DNA of 61,289 nucleotides, counting the filler, from Dugesia japonica (Eukaryota), in assembly GCA_001938525.1 (NCBI GenBank). It is 6 parts of 6 records of this genome, joined end to end, with 100 filler letters (N's around TTAATTAATTAA, not from the genome) between each part and the next. Parts side by side here need not be neighbours in the genome. Positions count along the whole stretch, not along the records: positions 21,134 to 31,597 come from MQRL01603453.1; positions 31,698 to 42,561 come from MQRL01548266.1; 4 more parts are not named here. The stretch is one strand, 5' to 3'. Position numbers and translations under genes: made by a program. Of the stretch, positions 24,724 to 38,030 are shown in pieces. How positions within the stretch are numbered: the stretch's first letter is position 1; each line of letters begins with the position of its first letter. The notes below the pieces were generated by a model, which worked only from the letters and a program-made list of their open reading frames with translations, searched no databases and was not told the DNA's origin.

Positions 24724-27700
24724 CAGTAGCATAGGAAGGGGGGTTTCAACCCGGGTAGCANTTTTCTTTCTATTAATCAAAGAAGCTGGATGATTTACCC
24801 AGATCATTGTTATTCCGATACCAGTTTTATAATTATTTTAAAATTATTACTGTTTATATTTGGATCATATTTAAAAAATGACCCCAGAGATAGAATTTGA
24901 ACATGTGTTTTTTAGGGTCAGATTTTAAACATGAGTTTTTTTAGGGTCATTATTTAAACATGTTTAATTATATTATATTAATATTAATTTAATATTTAAC
25001 ACGTGATAAAAAAATTTCTATAAATTATTTTTTATAATAAATAGTAATTTTAAATACCAATCAACATGTCCACTCATTATGAGGAAAAGATAAGAGTCTT
25101 GATGGGATGATGTTTAGAAGAACTTATACAGTTCTATAAATCAAAAGAGTTACTGGTTTCTTCAATGCAGTGTAAGTACTGTGAAATTTATATGAATTGG
25201 ACAAAAAATGCATCAATGAAAGATCGATTTGTATGGAAATGCGTAAATAAACCCTGTAGCCACTATAATACTTCAACATCCATAAGAAATTTTTCATTTT
25301 TTGGTAGTTCCACAATCGATCTTAAAACTTGGTTGGAGATTTTATATCGATAGGCAGCTGAAGAGAGTATTTGTCAGATTAAAAGTCGATATCGATTGCG
25401 CCATCTACAATAATTAAAATCTTCAAACTGTTTAGAACCTGTGTTTCCAACTATTTTCTGAGACATCCAATTAAATTCGGATGAGAAAATGTTGTATGTC
25501 AAATTGACGAAAGCTTATTTTGTCATAAGCAAAAGTATCATCGAGGCAGATTTTCAGATTCCCAAATATGGGTATTTGGAATTGTAGGCTGCAGTTATGT
25601 TCCAGCTAAAGGATTTATGCAGGTGGTACCTGATGGAAAAGCTGATACTTTATTGCCAATAATTACTCAGATAGTGCGTCCAGGTAGCATTATCCATAGT
25701 GATGAGTGGNNNNNNNNNNNNNNNNNNNNNNNNNNNNNNNNNNNNNNNNNNNNNNNNNNNNNNNNTAACCCTCAAACAGGAGCTCATACCCAGAATGTCG
25801 AATCATATTGGAATAAACAAAAATCCCGTTGTAAAAATTTGCGAGGAATTAGAAAAGAATATTTACAGCATTATCTTAACGAATTTATATGGCGTGACAA
25901 TGTCATTGGAGATCCATTGGAGAAATTATTTGAGATAATAAAAGAAAATTGGAATAAATAAATTGAAATGAATAAAGTTGTTCGTTTAGAAATGTGTTCT
26001 TGAAAAGTGTAATTTTAGGGTCATTTAATGGAATTGTGCACTTTTGGGGTCATTTTTTTAAATATGATCCCTATTTTTTTCCAAACAATAAAAATTGTAC
26101 CGAATTAAATAATTTTCACGGCAATCGGTTTATTTATTTTAATTGTGTTGTTCTCAATTTTAATTATATTCTCGAAATATTGTAAGTACATACTATTTTA
26201 TATTTTATTTTATTATATATAACCAATAGTTTTGCTTTTAAAATTCAATTTTTTAAACGTACAAAAAATTTTATTTGTATTATATGAAAATTGCCTTTTA
26301 AAAAATGTTTAAAATAATGTATCATATTATTAGTGTGAGAGGGACAGAACAAAAATATCATTATCATCATATTATATAAATAAACACGACGAAGTTATTG
26401 AGATCAAGATATTTGATCCACATTCGTGGCTTGCAAGGATTGAGATCATACGATCTCTTCCGTAAAGAAAAGGTTTTATTGTTATATTTTTGGTTTTGTC
26501 CAATTTTTCCATAAAAAAGTAAATCCTTTAATATTTTTTGGTTAATTAGAAACCTTAATATCAAACCATGATTCAAAAAGACATCCTGTAAATACTAAGA
26601 ATGAAAGTAATTTATTTATTTAATATATTTTTATTGATGTCTTTATTATTGATGTCTTTATTATTATTATATGACTCTAAATCAAGATGAGTCGATCAAA
26701 AGAAAGGGGTGCTGCGTTTAGAAAAATGAATAAAGCTAGGGAGATGGTGTTTAAAATAATAAAGGAGCACTTCTAAAATATTTCACTAGTAAAACTACTA
26801 CCACTTGAGATCAATCAATTTCTGAAACTACCATTACTGTAGCTGGTTCAATTTCGAAAACTATATCACCGTCAAATTCATATGATTTTCTAATAGACNN
26901 NNNNNNNNNNNNNNNNNNNNNNNNAGCTATTAATTTGAAAGTCATTGTACTATGGCCAAATAAAATTACTGATAAGATACGGATTTTATTGGTATATCAA
27001 GGATCGTCTAAGATTCAAAGAATAAGGAAAAGAATTTGAAATCTTGGTTAGTGTACTCTGCTTCGAAGGAAGCTCTTTACTGCTNNNNNNNNNNNNNNNN
27101 NNNNNNNNNNNNNNNNNNNNNNNNNNNNNNNNNNAAACTACCATTACTGTAGCTGGTTCAATTTCGAAAACTATATCACCGTCAAATTCATATGATTTTC
27201 TAATAGACAGAAAGAATTACAAAGAAGAAAATCCAGCTATTAATTTGAAAGTCATTGTACTATGGCCAAATAAAATTACTGATAAGATACGGATTTTATT
27301 GGTATATCAAGGATCGTCTNNNNNNNNNNNNNNNNNNNNNNNNNNNNNNNNNNNNNNNNNNNNNNNNNNNNNNNNNNNNNNNNNNNNNNNNNNNNNNNNN
27401 NNNNNNNNNNNNNNNNNNNNNNNNNNCGATTGCAAACTCAGGGCTTTAAAAATAATTTTAGGGAAGACTTGGTAACTAATTCCATAATCTATCCAAAATA
27501 AATTTGTTACAATCTGGGAATATCGATGTTGAAAGAAAAATGAATAGCTGGTGAAAAATATCACTATGCGATATTGAGTTGAAGTCAGAAATGTTTTCCT
27601 CGTTGGACAGTGTGATTATAGAAATAACTTGGAGATTTCGACAGCTTCATGTTCTTGCTGAGAAATATGCTTTACTTACGCCAACAAATCTTTTAAATGT

Positions 27701-29000
27701 CAAATATGAGTGTCATGATCATGATGATATTGATCAAGAAGAATTTCTCAGAGAGAAAAGATTGAAAAATTTCATTGCTGTTGTTGCTAAGCAATATAAA
27801 ACAGAAACATGAATTGAAAGTCCTAAATCAGTCTCTAAATTAAAATTATTTAAGAGTAGCTTGTGGTTAGTAAATCTTGCCACGCGCTTTATAGAGCACC
27901 AGCTGGCAGATAACATAAACTTCGACGATGTAACCAAGGATTTCGCTAAAAAGTAAAAAAAAAGAAAAGTAGCATTATAGTGTTNAAATGATTTTTTTGT
28001 CTTTTTGTATTTTGGGATTATTAGTTAAATTCAAAACCTCAAAAGTCTCCATAAATTTTTTATTGATTATTACAAGTATTTTATTAAAATGAAAAATGTT
28101 GAAGAACAATTCACAGTATTCAAACAAATAATCTGAGACCTATTAATAAAATATTTTTTTTAAAAATATCAGTTTTACTTTTTAAAATATTTATTTATGA
28201 TAATTTTTTAAAACAATTTTTTATAATTTTATAATTTCCTATAAAAAAAAACATCGATCTTGATTTTAAAAAATTTTAATATCATAAAATTTTTTTTATA
28301 ATTTTATACTTTCACCTAATATAAAATATTTATTTTGATTTTAAAATAATTTAATTTCAAAAAAACACTATAATTTTTTAAAATTTATCTTCACATTTTT
28401 TCAAAAATATTTAAAAGTTTCAGAAATAAAATTTTTAATATAATATATGTAATATATATAAAAATTAAAAAATCTCAGACATTTGAAATCCATGAATCGA
28501 CCTCACAGGGATAAATTCATTTTGTTTTAATTTTTATTTGAAATTCTATATTTACTTAAGTTTTTTTATATTTTACTTTAAATTTGTTTTCTTAAAATAA
28601 CTAAATACATTTTAATAAAATATTTTAAAAAGAAAAAAATTTTATATAGTTTTAAATTTTGTACATATAAATCGTATAATCTATTGGATTGTGAGGGGCG
28701 TCNNNNNNNNNNNNNNNNNNNNNNNNNNNNNNNNNNNNNNNNNTCATTGAGAAGTAGATAAAGAACATTACAATTGTTTGTTTAAATGACATTTTTCCCT
28801 TCTTGGCATTTAGAAAATCTAACATTATTTAGGATAAAAACTTCNNNNNNNNNNNNNNNNNNNNNNNNNNNNNNNNNNNNNNNNNNNNNNNNNNATATAG
28901 TTTTAAATTTTGTACATATAAATCGTATAATCTATTGGATTGTGAGGGGCGTCATATTTTAAGAATCGCCAGAGCGACATATACTCTCGCTGTGTCATTG
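24724..29000 (+). mobile_element. Degenerate hAT transposon (ZMYM1-like transposase remnants, ~26690-27980)
   Basis: Termini CAGTAGCATAG / CTGTGTCATTG. 8-bp TSD GGAGGTAG / AGAAGTAG (6/8 match). Remnants MSRSKERGAAFRK, LDSVIIEITWRFRQL and LVNLATRFIEHQLADNINFDDVTKDFAKK..RKVAL (hAT dimerisation C-terminus). Confidence 0.75.
24862..26070 (+). mobile_element. Merlin (IS1595/ISXO2-like) DNA transposon; transposase pseudogene 25066-25961
   Basis: TIRs GGATCATATTTAAAAAATGACCCCA. 8-bp flanks TTATATTT/CTATTTTT. Motifs CKYC..WKC..C zinc ribbon, QIDESLF..KYHRGR, WVFG, TLLPII..VRPGSIIHSDEW, HTQNVESYW, YLNEFIWR. Internal stops and a frameshift. Confidence 0.92.
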
Positions 29001-32000
29001 AGAAGTAGATAAAGAACATTACAATTGTTTGTTTAAATGACATTTTTCCCTTCTTGGCATTTAGAAAATCTAACATTATTTAGGATAAAAACTTCNTTGA
29101 TAATATTCTTTTCATGCAATCTTTCGACGAATGAAGAAATATAAATAGAATGTATCTTTATTAAATAGATTTAGCTGTGATTGACAGAATATAATACTAA
29201 ATTTGTTAATCGCATAGCAAATCGATATATTGCTGCTTCTTATGTTTGTAACAACATGATTAGCAGAAACAGATCTTATTGACATATTAAACCAAACTTC
29301 GTNGATAAAAATCAATTCAGATTTAGAATATGTCTGAGGTAACAAAATAATCTTTGCAACATGTTTTTCTTTAGCTCAATTGTATCAATATTATTCCTTC
29401 TTTCCAGTATGGCACTAATCCGTGTTAAAGTATAATTAAATTTATGGATGACTTGAAACTTTGATTTGATGTTTGAAAATGCTTCTGTCAAAATGTTTCT
29501 AATGTTAAAGAACAGTTTTCACCCAACTAAAGTAAAACCACTGTTTTCTGCTCTTCGTTTAATTTTGTCGTTTTAAAACAATAACTATTTTCGAATACAA
29601 CCAAGCCGGATGTAATTTTGTATTTTCTTTACCATTTCATGAACAGCTGTTCTTTAAATGATTCTTGAAATTTCTGAAACTGATAAAGCACTTAAATAAG
29701 AATCTATAATTCGTTCTCTGTCAATATTAAAATATTAAATGAAAATATTAAAACATTTTTTTGTAAATAATAATTTTACTGGACTTTTGTTTTAAATTAA
29801 ATTAATTTAAATTATATATTTTAAATTATTTATTTTTAAAGTTTTATTTCACCTTCAAAAGGTCAAACTTGAACTTTACAATGTCAAATTCAGTCAAAAA
29901 AAACAATGTATATCAGTAATTTTATAAATAAAACTATTAGATTATGATTTACAATAACAAATAGATTCATTTATTATATTAAAAATAAACCGTTTTAATT
30001 ATAATAAATTGAGGGTGTGATTATTAGAATATGGGAACTATCGAGTTACATGACAACGATGTGTTTGCAACTATTATTTATACAATAAAATAGCTAAAAG
30101 TATTTGTTTCCCTCTTAAAAAAAAACAGTTAATTGACGACTTTTTTGAAATTAATTTAAAATTAAAAAAAAATTGTTGTCGTTACTGTTCATCAATGGCT
30201 CATTGATACCAATAGCTGTGCTTCATTGAATTTTACTTATTATTTTTTTTAACTGTCACTCATTTCAGTTAAATAATAGTTTAAAAAATAAAATTATTAT
30301 ATTAAATTATTATTGCGTTATAGCATTGGATTTGAAAGAAAAATGTAAACTATATTTTACAAACTTAATGTGCGTCAGTGTAGGTAAATTCCAAATTGAC
30401 GTGAAAGTAATTGTTAACAGCAAATTTTTAACAATAATAAAAAAAACTTTATTAAATAATGGTTATTAAAATCTCAAAGGAAAATGATTAATTGATATTA
30501 ATAATTAATTTGATTATTTAATAAGATATTTAATAAAATATTTAATAAGATATATCTCATCAATTTTCAACATTAATTATTATTTCATATTTATAAACTT
30601 TTTGTTGAAAATGGTTAATCTGTACTTTCGTGGTTGAAATTTTCTCACTAAGTTTGTTAGTACTATTAACGAGCTAGTGTCTTCTGAGTTTGGCCAGTGT
30701 GTGGTTAGAGATAGCTTTACGAATTTCCATAACAAAAGAAAGTAATAATCTAGTTCTTGAGGTTAATATGTTAAATGTAAGTAATATAAGTCATTTCAAC
30801 TTATCATAGAAATACGCTGCTTGAAAAAATAGAACTAACATCATTAACTTATCAAATGGAAACTCCTTATCAACGGACAACTTCCTTATTCAAATGAATT
30901 ATATTCCTCACTTATTATGTCGGTAATTGAAGCCATGTTAGTTGATATTCGAAAGTCATTTAACTTGATATGACATGGAGTTTCATCGTTTTACTAAAAT
31001 CTCGATAAGTATGTTTATCACATCGTTCTTAATACGTATTGTTTCTATGTTCTTTAAATAATATCAAATCATGATATTAATTTTAAGAAAATGTTATATT
31101 AAGAATTTTAGTCAATTGAAATTTCTCTTGGGAGATCTACAAAAAATAATCCGAAATTTAAATTATTTGTTTTACTTTATATCAATTTATAATTTTCTAT
31201 TATTAGTTTAATATAATTGGTTACAAATTCAATCTACATAAAATCAAACTTCTTATTTAAGTTTGTTACAACGTCCTGAAATCTGTCAACTTACAAGAAA
31301 ATATTTTCTATTTTTTTTAATATATATCAGCTTTGAAATTTCTGATTTCAATCAAACAAATAATTATTTAAATGTATTTAGAAAATCATTTGCTGTTGGA
31401 GAAAAGGAAATTATATGGATTTAAAGAAAATTGAATATACTGAATATACGATAGTTTCCAATATCAAATGGAGTAACTGTACCTGATGTTCCACAATACC
31501 TTAAATCTTGTGGTTGGTACTCAGTCATACACTAAACTGTTCGAAGTTAACAACAGATTGATAGAAGAGAAATCAAATGGAATATATTCTAATTGTGNNN
31601 NNNNNNNNNNNNNNNNNNNNNNNNNNNNNNNNNNNNNNNNNTTAATTAATTAANNNNNNNNNNNNNNNNNNNNNNNNNNNNNNNNNNNNNNNNNNNNTCA
31701 AACGTTATTATTAACGATTGTGGCTGCATTAACTTGAATATAAGGAATTTTGTATAATGGATATACTCCTATCCATTCTGATCCAAGTCATTCTTTTCCT
31801 ATTTTGTCTATCCAAATGAACTCATTAATTAAATAAAGTAATTAAATTATCAAAGCTTCATTTCATTTACGTTTCAAGACATTGAAATTATTTAAAGCAT
31901 TATTTTCCCCTTGACCATAATTTGAATTCCATTTTTAAATACTCCATTAAATTTTCATAATTACAATTATTGTGAGAATAATTGTTGGACTTAACCATTG

Positions 32001-32472
32001 ATCGCATTTGAGATTTCATTAAANNNNNNNNNNNNNNNNNNNNNNNNNNNNNNNNNNNNNNNNNNNNNNNNNNNNNNNNNNNNNNNNNNNNNNNNNNNNN
32101 NNNNNNNNNNNNNNNNNNNNNNNNNNNNNNNNNNNNNNNNNNNNNNNNNNNNNNNNNNNNNNNNNNNNNNNNNNNGGTTTTAAAATCTTCAAGTGTTATT
32201 CCACAATTCAAATTCATGTTAAGATACCCCATATTTATAACAATCGATTTCATATAGAATGTACCTTAATCATTATCTCTAAAGTCTTAATGTTCATATT
32301 TGATAGCTCTTTTTTTATCATTCTCAATTTTTAAAGTAGAATAAAGCTTAGTAATCTATGATGTATAATGATTTGCTCTTTACTAATTACAAATGATACA
32401 ATTTCATTGGTTCTTATAGGATAAATATAATTTTGTTTGGTTTATCCAATTTAATGAGCTATTAGTAGTACT

Positions 32473-32680
32473 AGTAGGTAAATGTGAGCGTACAAAAACT
32501 GTAGTGGTTATAGAGTCCCCTCCCTCTTGTGGGAGATTGGATCAATAACCAATAACCTGTTCTACGAATTGTTCTACTAGCTATCGCCGATTTATTGATT
32601 ATTGATACAGTCGGATCAATTTTTTTAGATAAGATTTTACGTTTCAAGCGCATTGTTCTAGTGCGCTCACATCAAACGTG
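32473..32680 (+). mobile_element. Terminus of an AGTAGGTA-family element
   Basis: AGTAGGTAAATGTGAGCGTAC (cf. 16206), with an inverted GTGCGCTCACAT at ~32661. Confidence 0.45.
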
Positions 32681-35199
32681 TAAAATTTTTTTGAAAATTT
32701 TTATGCGCCAAATTTAAAAAGTTTTTCTTTTCTTATTCTTTGTCTTTCTTATATCTTTTATTTTTTTTACTTTTTTTAGATTTTAATGATGTATTTCAAA
32801 TAGAGTTTGTAAGTTTGTATCTAATGACATAGATAATTTTTTACAAAAATATTCATGTTGGTTACAGTGACGTGTTATCAAATTTCGGTTTAACAGGTCT
32901 AATGTTGGGAATTTTTGTAAGATTTAGATAATTTTTGGTTTGAATGAAAGAGAAACATAGAGAATATGTAACGATGTAAGTGTATAGTTTTTTGGAAGTA
33001 ATAGTGTGTGTGTGTAAATGTATGTGTAAAAATGTATATTTTTGAAATGAAAATCACGACAGAATGGGTGTCGTGTGATAATTTCCAGGTTTTGATAATA
33101 TATTTGAGTTTGATATCAAAATTGGTTTATAAGTTGCCAAAGATAAATATGAACTAAAATGAATGTATGTTGCATGAATGCAGCTTTTGTGTTGCAAAAA
33201 TGAGTTTCAAGTATATTTCTAAGGTATTATGAGCTTAAAAATATGAAATAAGACATTTATTAAATTTCTTTTACTCATAATGTGTTATCAAGGAGGTCCA
33301 TGCATACTACTGTGTTGTTGGGTAATTTTATTTACCTACATACTCAGGTATATAATAAATGGATACCTCAAAAACATGTCATAAGTTATGACTCACAACC
33401 TTGAGTATATACCCATAATTATGAGCAAGTTACCCACAATCTTGAGTAATTACTCATACTCATGAGTGAATATTTAACATCAATTACCTAATTCACTGCA
33501 AGATACAAAAATTGCCGGAAGGTAATTTTAAGATAGAAACTAAACAAAGAGTTTGAAAGGTATTGTCAAGAATCAAATTATTGTCATATTTACAATTTTA
33601 ATAGAAAATTGAGTCGCAAAATGTTGAAATAAATTATAAATATCCTACAGTATTTGAAATATACAAAAAAGTAAAATAGATATACATTTTATACATAAAC
33701 ATTCATAATCCCAAATTAAATCAGTTAATGTTAATATTTATTTCTTATAATTTGACAATAAAAATAAGAAAATTTTGTTATTGCTGTTATTTATGTTAGG
33801 TTATAGCTTAATTTATGAGTATTTTGTTTGTGATTTGAATATAAACAAAGTTAAGTTTTATGTTTGATTTTTATGATAACTTAATTATGGAACTAGAAAT
33901 TAGCCAAAAGTAAATCATCAGGTTTCAAGTAGACTATCATATAGATTATCAATAATCGAAGAAATGATTGAAAATATTGAGTTAAATTTGTATGTTTCCA
34001 AACTCAAGCTAGGTAATAAAAATAATATGTTTAAATTTAAAAATTATATGATTAAATTAAAAAGATAAAGATTTCGATTACTAAGATTTATTTAACAACA
34101 TCAAATAACATATAAAATAAATGTTTTATAGCCACAACACTTGATGATCTAATGAAATCTTCTCTTGACACACTGGATCTAAACTAATAATTAATTGTTT
34201 TTACTTAAATAAAAAAATACCATTATTTTATTTCTTTCAACACAACACTGTTGTTATTTTCCTAATGCGATTGATAAAGCCTGTATCTTGATATTGGATC
34301 TTGTAATATTTATGATCTGAGGACATTCATACCGATAGTCAAGGTTGAATCTGTTTGCAATTCTTGTTTTTTCTTTATATATCTCGATTTTTTCTGTTGG
34401 AGGATTTAGATTAATGAACTTTACCAAATTTTTTATGAAGAAATTCCTATTTTTTAATTCTTGTAGATTGAATATGAGTTTTTCTTTGCATTCTTCTTTT
34501 CGTAGGACAACCAAACTATATAACAACTGATTTTCTATAAATGCATGATGTCTGTCTTACAATTTCTTCTTCAACATGTAACGATACAACAATACATCAT
34601 TGTTTGAAATTTCTGACATTGGATGTATGAACGGATCCAGATTGTGCTCTCTCTTTAGGATTTCTGCTATGTTTACTACACACACAGATAAATACTTGTG
34701 ATAATCAAAAGTATAACTTTGATCACTTTATATTGAGGGAATAAGATGCTCTTCAAATCTTTCAAGTTTAAAAACTAAGAAATATTTAATAAAATTTGAC
34801 TTTATATACTCATTTATGTGTATTATTCAGGATTAGTAGGTCCGCGAGGTCATAGTACTGCCACTAGTTTTTAAGGCCAACTGTGACCAATTTTAAGCGA
34901 TTTGATTGGTCGCACAAATGTTTCTAACGTTTTAATTGGTTCAATGTTTTTAAAGATATGTCCGCAAGGTCGCAGATTCATATTAATTTTTTACGGATAA
35001 AATTGAATTCTAATTAAATTTAAACTGACAAATTCTTCTCTTAAAATCTTATAAATTTTAAAGTTTAGAAATAAGTTGTATTTTCAATGATGAGTTCTTT
35101 ACTTTCTATGTAGTTGTCTCTAATTCTCTATGTGACTCGTGTATTTGCCATGATGATACCTGTATGTTTTTTATTTATGATGAAGTGTTTATGTTTGGG

Positions 35200-36870
35200 G
35201 ATGAAACTTTAATTTTCCATGACAAAGTGTTCATTTTCAATAATTAATCTAATATTTTACATTGAGACTTAGAAATTTAATGTGTTGTTTTAGAATTTGC
35301 GTGATAAAATATAATTTTAAAGCGTTGCCTTTTTTAATGTGATGAACAATATTTTTTAGTGTGATGGCTAAGTTTAATTTGTTGGTTTGAATTTTTATCT
35401 GCTGACTTAGAAAGTTTATTATCTTCTATCTAATCTTTGATTGTTATTGAATACTTCTGTGTAATTTATAAACCTTTTTAATAGAAATATACAACGTTTG
35501 AAATGTTTTATTGACTTATATGTATTTTTAAATAATTTTATTGACTTCTGTATAACTTTAGAACGATGAATTATAATTTTCATGTACTGGTTTAAAAACA
35601 TTGTGTGACAAATTAGAATTTTACTGTGGTTGAATAAAATTTTGTGGGATAGAATGCAATTTTAGTGAAATGTGATACAATTATGTGTGATAGATGTGTG
35701 ATAGATTATAATTTTATATGTTGGCTTAGAAATTGAGTTGACCTAGAATTTTACTTGTTCAGTGTTAATTTTAATGAGTTAGATCAGACTTTTGTGAGAT
35801 GGATCGAAATTTTAAAGCGTTGATTTAGAAATTTCATTGAGATGAACTATATTTTTAGTATGACAGATTATAAGTTTAACTTGGTGGTTAGAATTTATAT
35901 GTTTTGACTAAGAAAGTCTAATAACAAACTAGAAATTATGTTTTGACATTTTTGGGTTGGCTTAGAAGTTTTATGAGATGTCTAAGAATTTTATCTTAAT
36001 TTTAGTGCATGGATTAAAATTTTTATTTGTTAACTTACAATTTTGTTTAATGAAATATAAAATATTTTAATGTATTACATTACAGTTTAAGTGTGATGGA
36101 AAGTAATTTTATTGTGATATATCATAGCTTTTATGTGTGACTTATAAATTTTATGCATTTACTTCTTAGAGTTTTACTTGTTAAGTGTTGACTTTTATGA
36201 GTTAGATCAGACTTTTGTGAGATGGATCGAAATTTTAAAGCGTTGACTTAGAAATTTTAATGTGATTTTAAATTTTAAGTGTGACAAATTATAAGTATAA
36301 TTTATTGGTTTAAAAGTTTTGATTAAGAAATTTTATTTGACAAAAGTCATTTTAGTTCCTGGATAACTTAAAACTTTCAATGTGATCAACTACAGTTTAG
36401 TGAGATTGATTATTAATTTATCTAGTTGGTTAAAACTTTTGTGTTGACTTAAATATTTTATTTACTTTTTAGTAATTTATGAAACTTTTTAATAACTTTT
36501 ATAATTTGTTTGAAAAGTTTCTCGACTTCCATGTCATTTGTAATAGTTTCTAATGATTTCTATTTAATTTTAAGAGAATGAATTATAATTTTATGTGGTG
36601 AAATGTAATTTTTTGTATGAAGAAATGTAATTTTTGTGTGTTGGCTTAAAATTATTACTTGTTGAGTGTTTATTGTTGTTTGACGGAAGGCAATTTTGGT
36701 ATTATGTATGAAACTTTGAATGACTTCTATGTAATCTTTGAAATCTTCAATTGACTTCTCGTAAATCTTTGAAACTTTTATTGACTTCTATGTAATATTT
36801 TGATAATTTTGAAAGTTATTGATTACTTTTATGTAATTTATGAAACTTTTTAATGATTTCTATGTGATCG
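35200..36870. repeat. Degenerate T-rich minisatellite (~21-bp units) with longer internal duplications
   Basis: Recurring TTGACTTAGAAATTTT and TTGACTTCTATGTAAT motifs. 35745-35880 resembles 36167-36300. Confidence 0.7.
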
Positions 36871-37149
36871 TCATGCGTTGAGGTTTAATTTTCATGAGTT
36901 AACTTAGGCATTTTGTGTGAGGGATTATAGTCTTTTTGTGTATTGGCTTTGAAACTTATATGATTGAATGTAACGTTAACATTAACACTAAAATTATGTA
37001 TAAGTCTATAAAAAACGTCGACTATTCTAACCATTAAACACTTATAAAACCAGGGAAAACCCTTAAAATTATATACACAAAGAATTACTTTTTCTATAAT
37101 ATTAAATGTTTCCCAGGACAATATTAATATTAATGTTAATATCTTCCAG

Positions 37150-37686
37150 ACAAATTAATATAGACTAATTAATATAAGATACATAAATTACATCTTCTAT
37201 AATAACAATACTACTTCACAAAATAATTTTAATATAGCCAAAAATATCAACAGTAACATCCAATTTACATTAAAAGAAGAAATAGATTACCAAATACATT
37301 TCCTTGACACACTTATACGAAAATAACTTAATTGAATGTTGACTAGCCACATATACATGAAACCATTTTACAGTGGATTGATAATATCATGGATTAGCAT
37401 ACTACAAAAAATCGGAATTATCAAAGAAGAAAGAATCAGAGCTGAACGATTATCATCTAACACAAAAATGGGATCATTATCACTTCAGCTACTAAGAAAT
37501 AAATTTCACCGAAATGGTTATGCTGTAAATGTCATATCACAATGTCTAACATAAAATGTACAATAGATTGATAATAAAACAAAAAATAGCAAATAAAATA
37601 ATACCATAATTAAACAGTAATATATCGATGAAAAATGTAGTCAATTGATGCATAATATTATTTACAAATCAAATATCACATATTCA
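37150..37686 (+). mobile_element. Penelope-like retroelement RT (palm end/thumb) remnant, truncated by the insertion at 37687
   Basis: IRYINYIF (degenerate RYVDD), NINSNIQFTLKEEIDYQIHFLDTLI, IYMKPFYSGLIISW, RIRAERLSS, FHRNGY. Confidence 0.75.
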
Positions 37687-38030
37687 AGTAGATAGATAGT
37701 AGCACACGGGCACAAATATTTTTGGGCACAGTTTTATAAATCACCCACCCTGCGTTTTTTAGACATCTTTTTTGTAAGATTTTTGGGATCAAAAATTTTT
37801 TGATCGGATAATTTTTTTTGATCCTGAAAGTGTGTGTGTGTTTTAAATTTTAAATTTTGTGTGTGTTTGGGTTGCTAAGGTGGTTTTTAGAAAGTAGGTG
37901 AAGTTGAGTTTGTGGTTGTGTGTGCGTGTTTGTAAGAATGTAAAAAACGAGGAGGAGGAGATGGAGATCTTGGAGATATATTTTTTGTAGTTTTAAAGGT
38001 TTGGTTGTGGATTGACAAAAATTTGGTCTA
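37687..38030 (+). mobile_element. Left end of a longer AGTAGRTAGATAGT-family element, homologous to 5925-6300
   Basis: AGTAGATAGATAGTAGCACACGGGCACAA; shares the TTTGATCGGAT, GATCCTGAA.GTGTGTG, AAAGTAGGT.AAGTTG and AAAAAACGAGGAG..GGAGATCTTGGAGAT blocks. Confidence 0.8.

Larger units (their letters stand above)
24515..29725 (-). mobile_element. Decayed Tc1/IS630-type transposase split by a hAT insertion (pieces 29725-29009 and 24723-24515)
   Basis: IDRERIIDSYLSALSVSEISRII (HTH), FIxEVWFN (first catalytic D region), SNISICYAI, then Y|LPPYSP..NMFIKWK across the insertion. Confidence 0.75.

Noticed and set aside
26826-27319. Exact ~185-bp direct repeat
   Set aside because: Identical copies abutting N gaps; most likely a scaffolding or gap-filling duplication
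28645-29095. Duplicated hAT right end and flank
   Set aside because: Identical copies separated by N gaps; likely an assembly artefact
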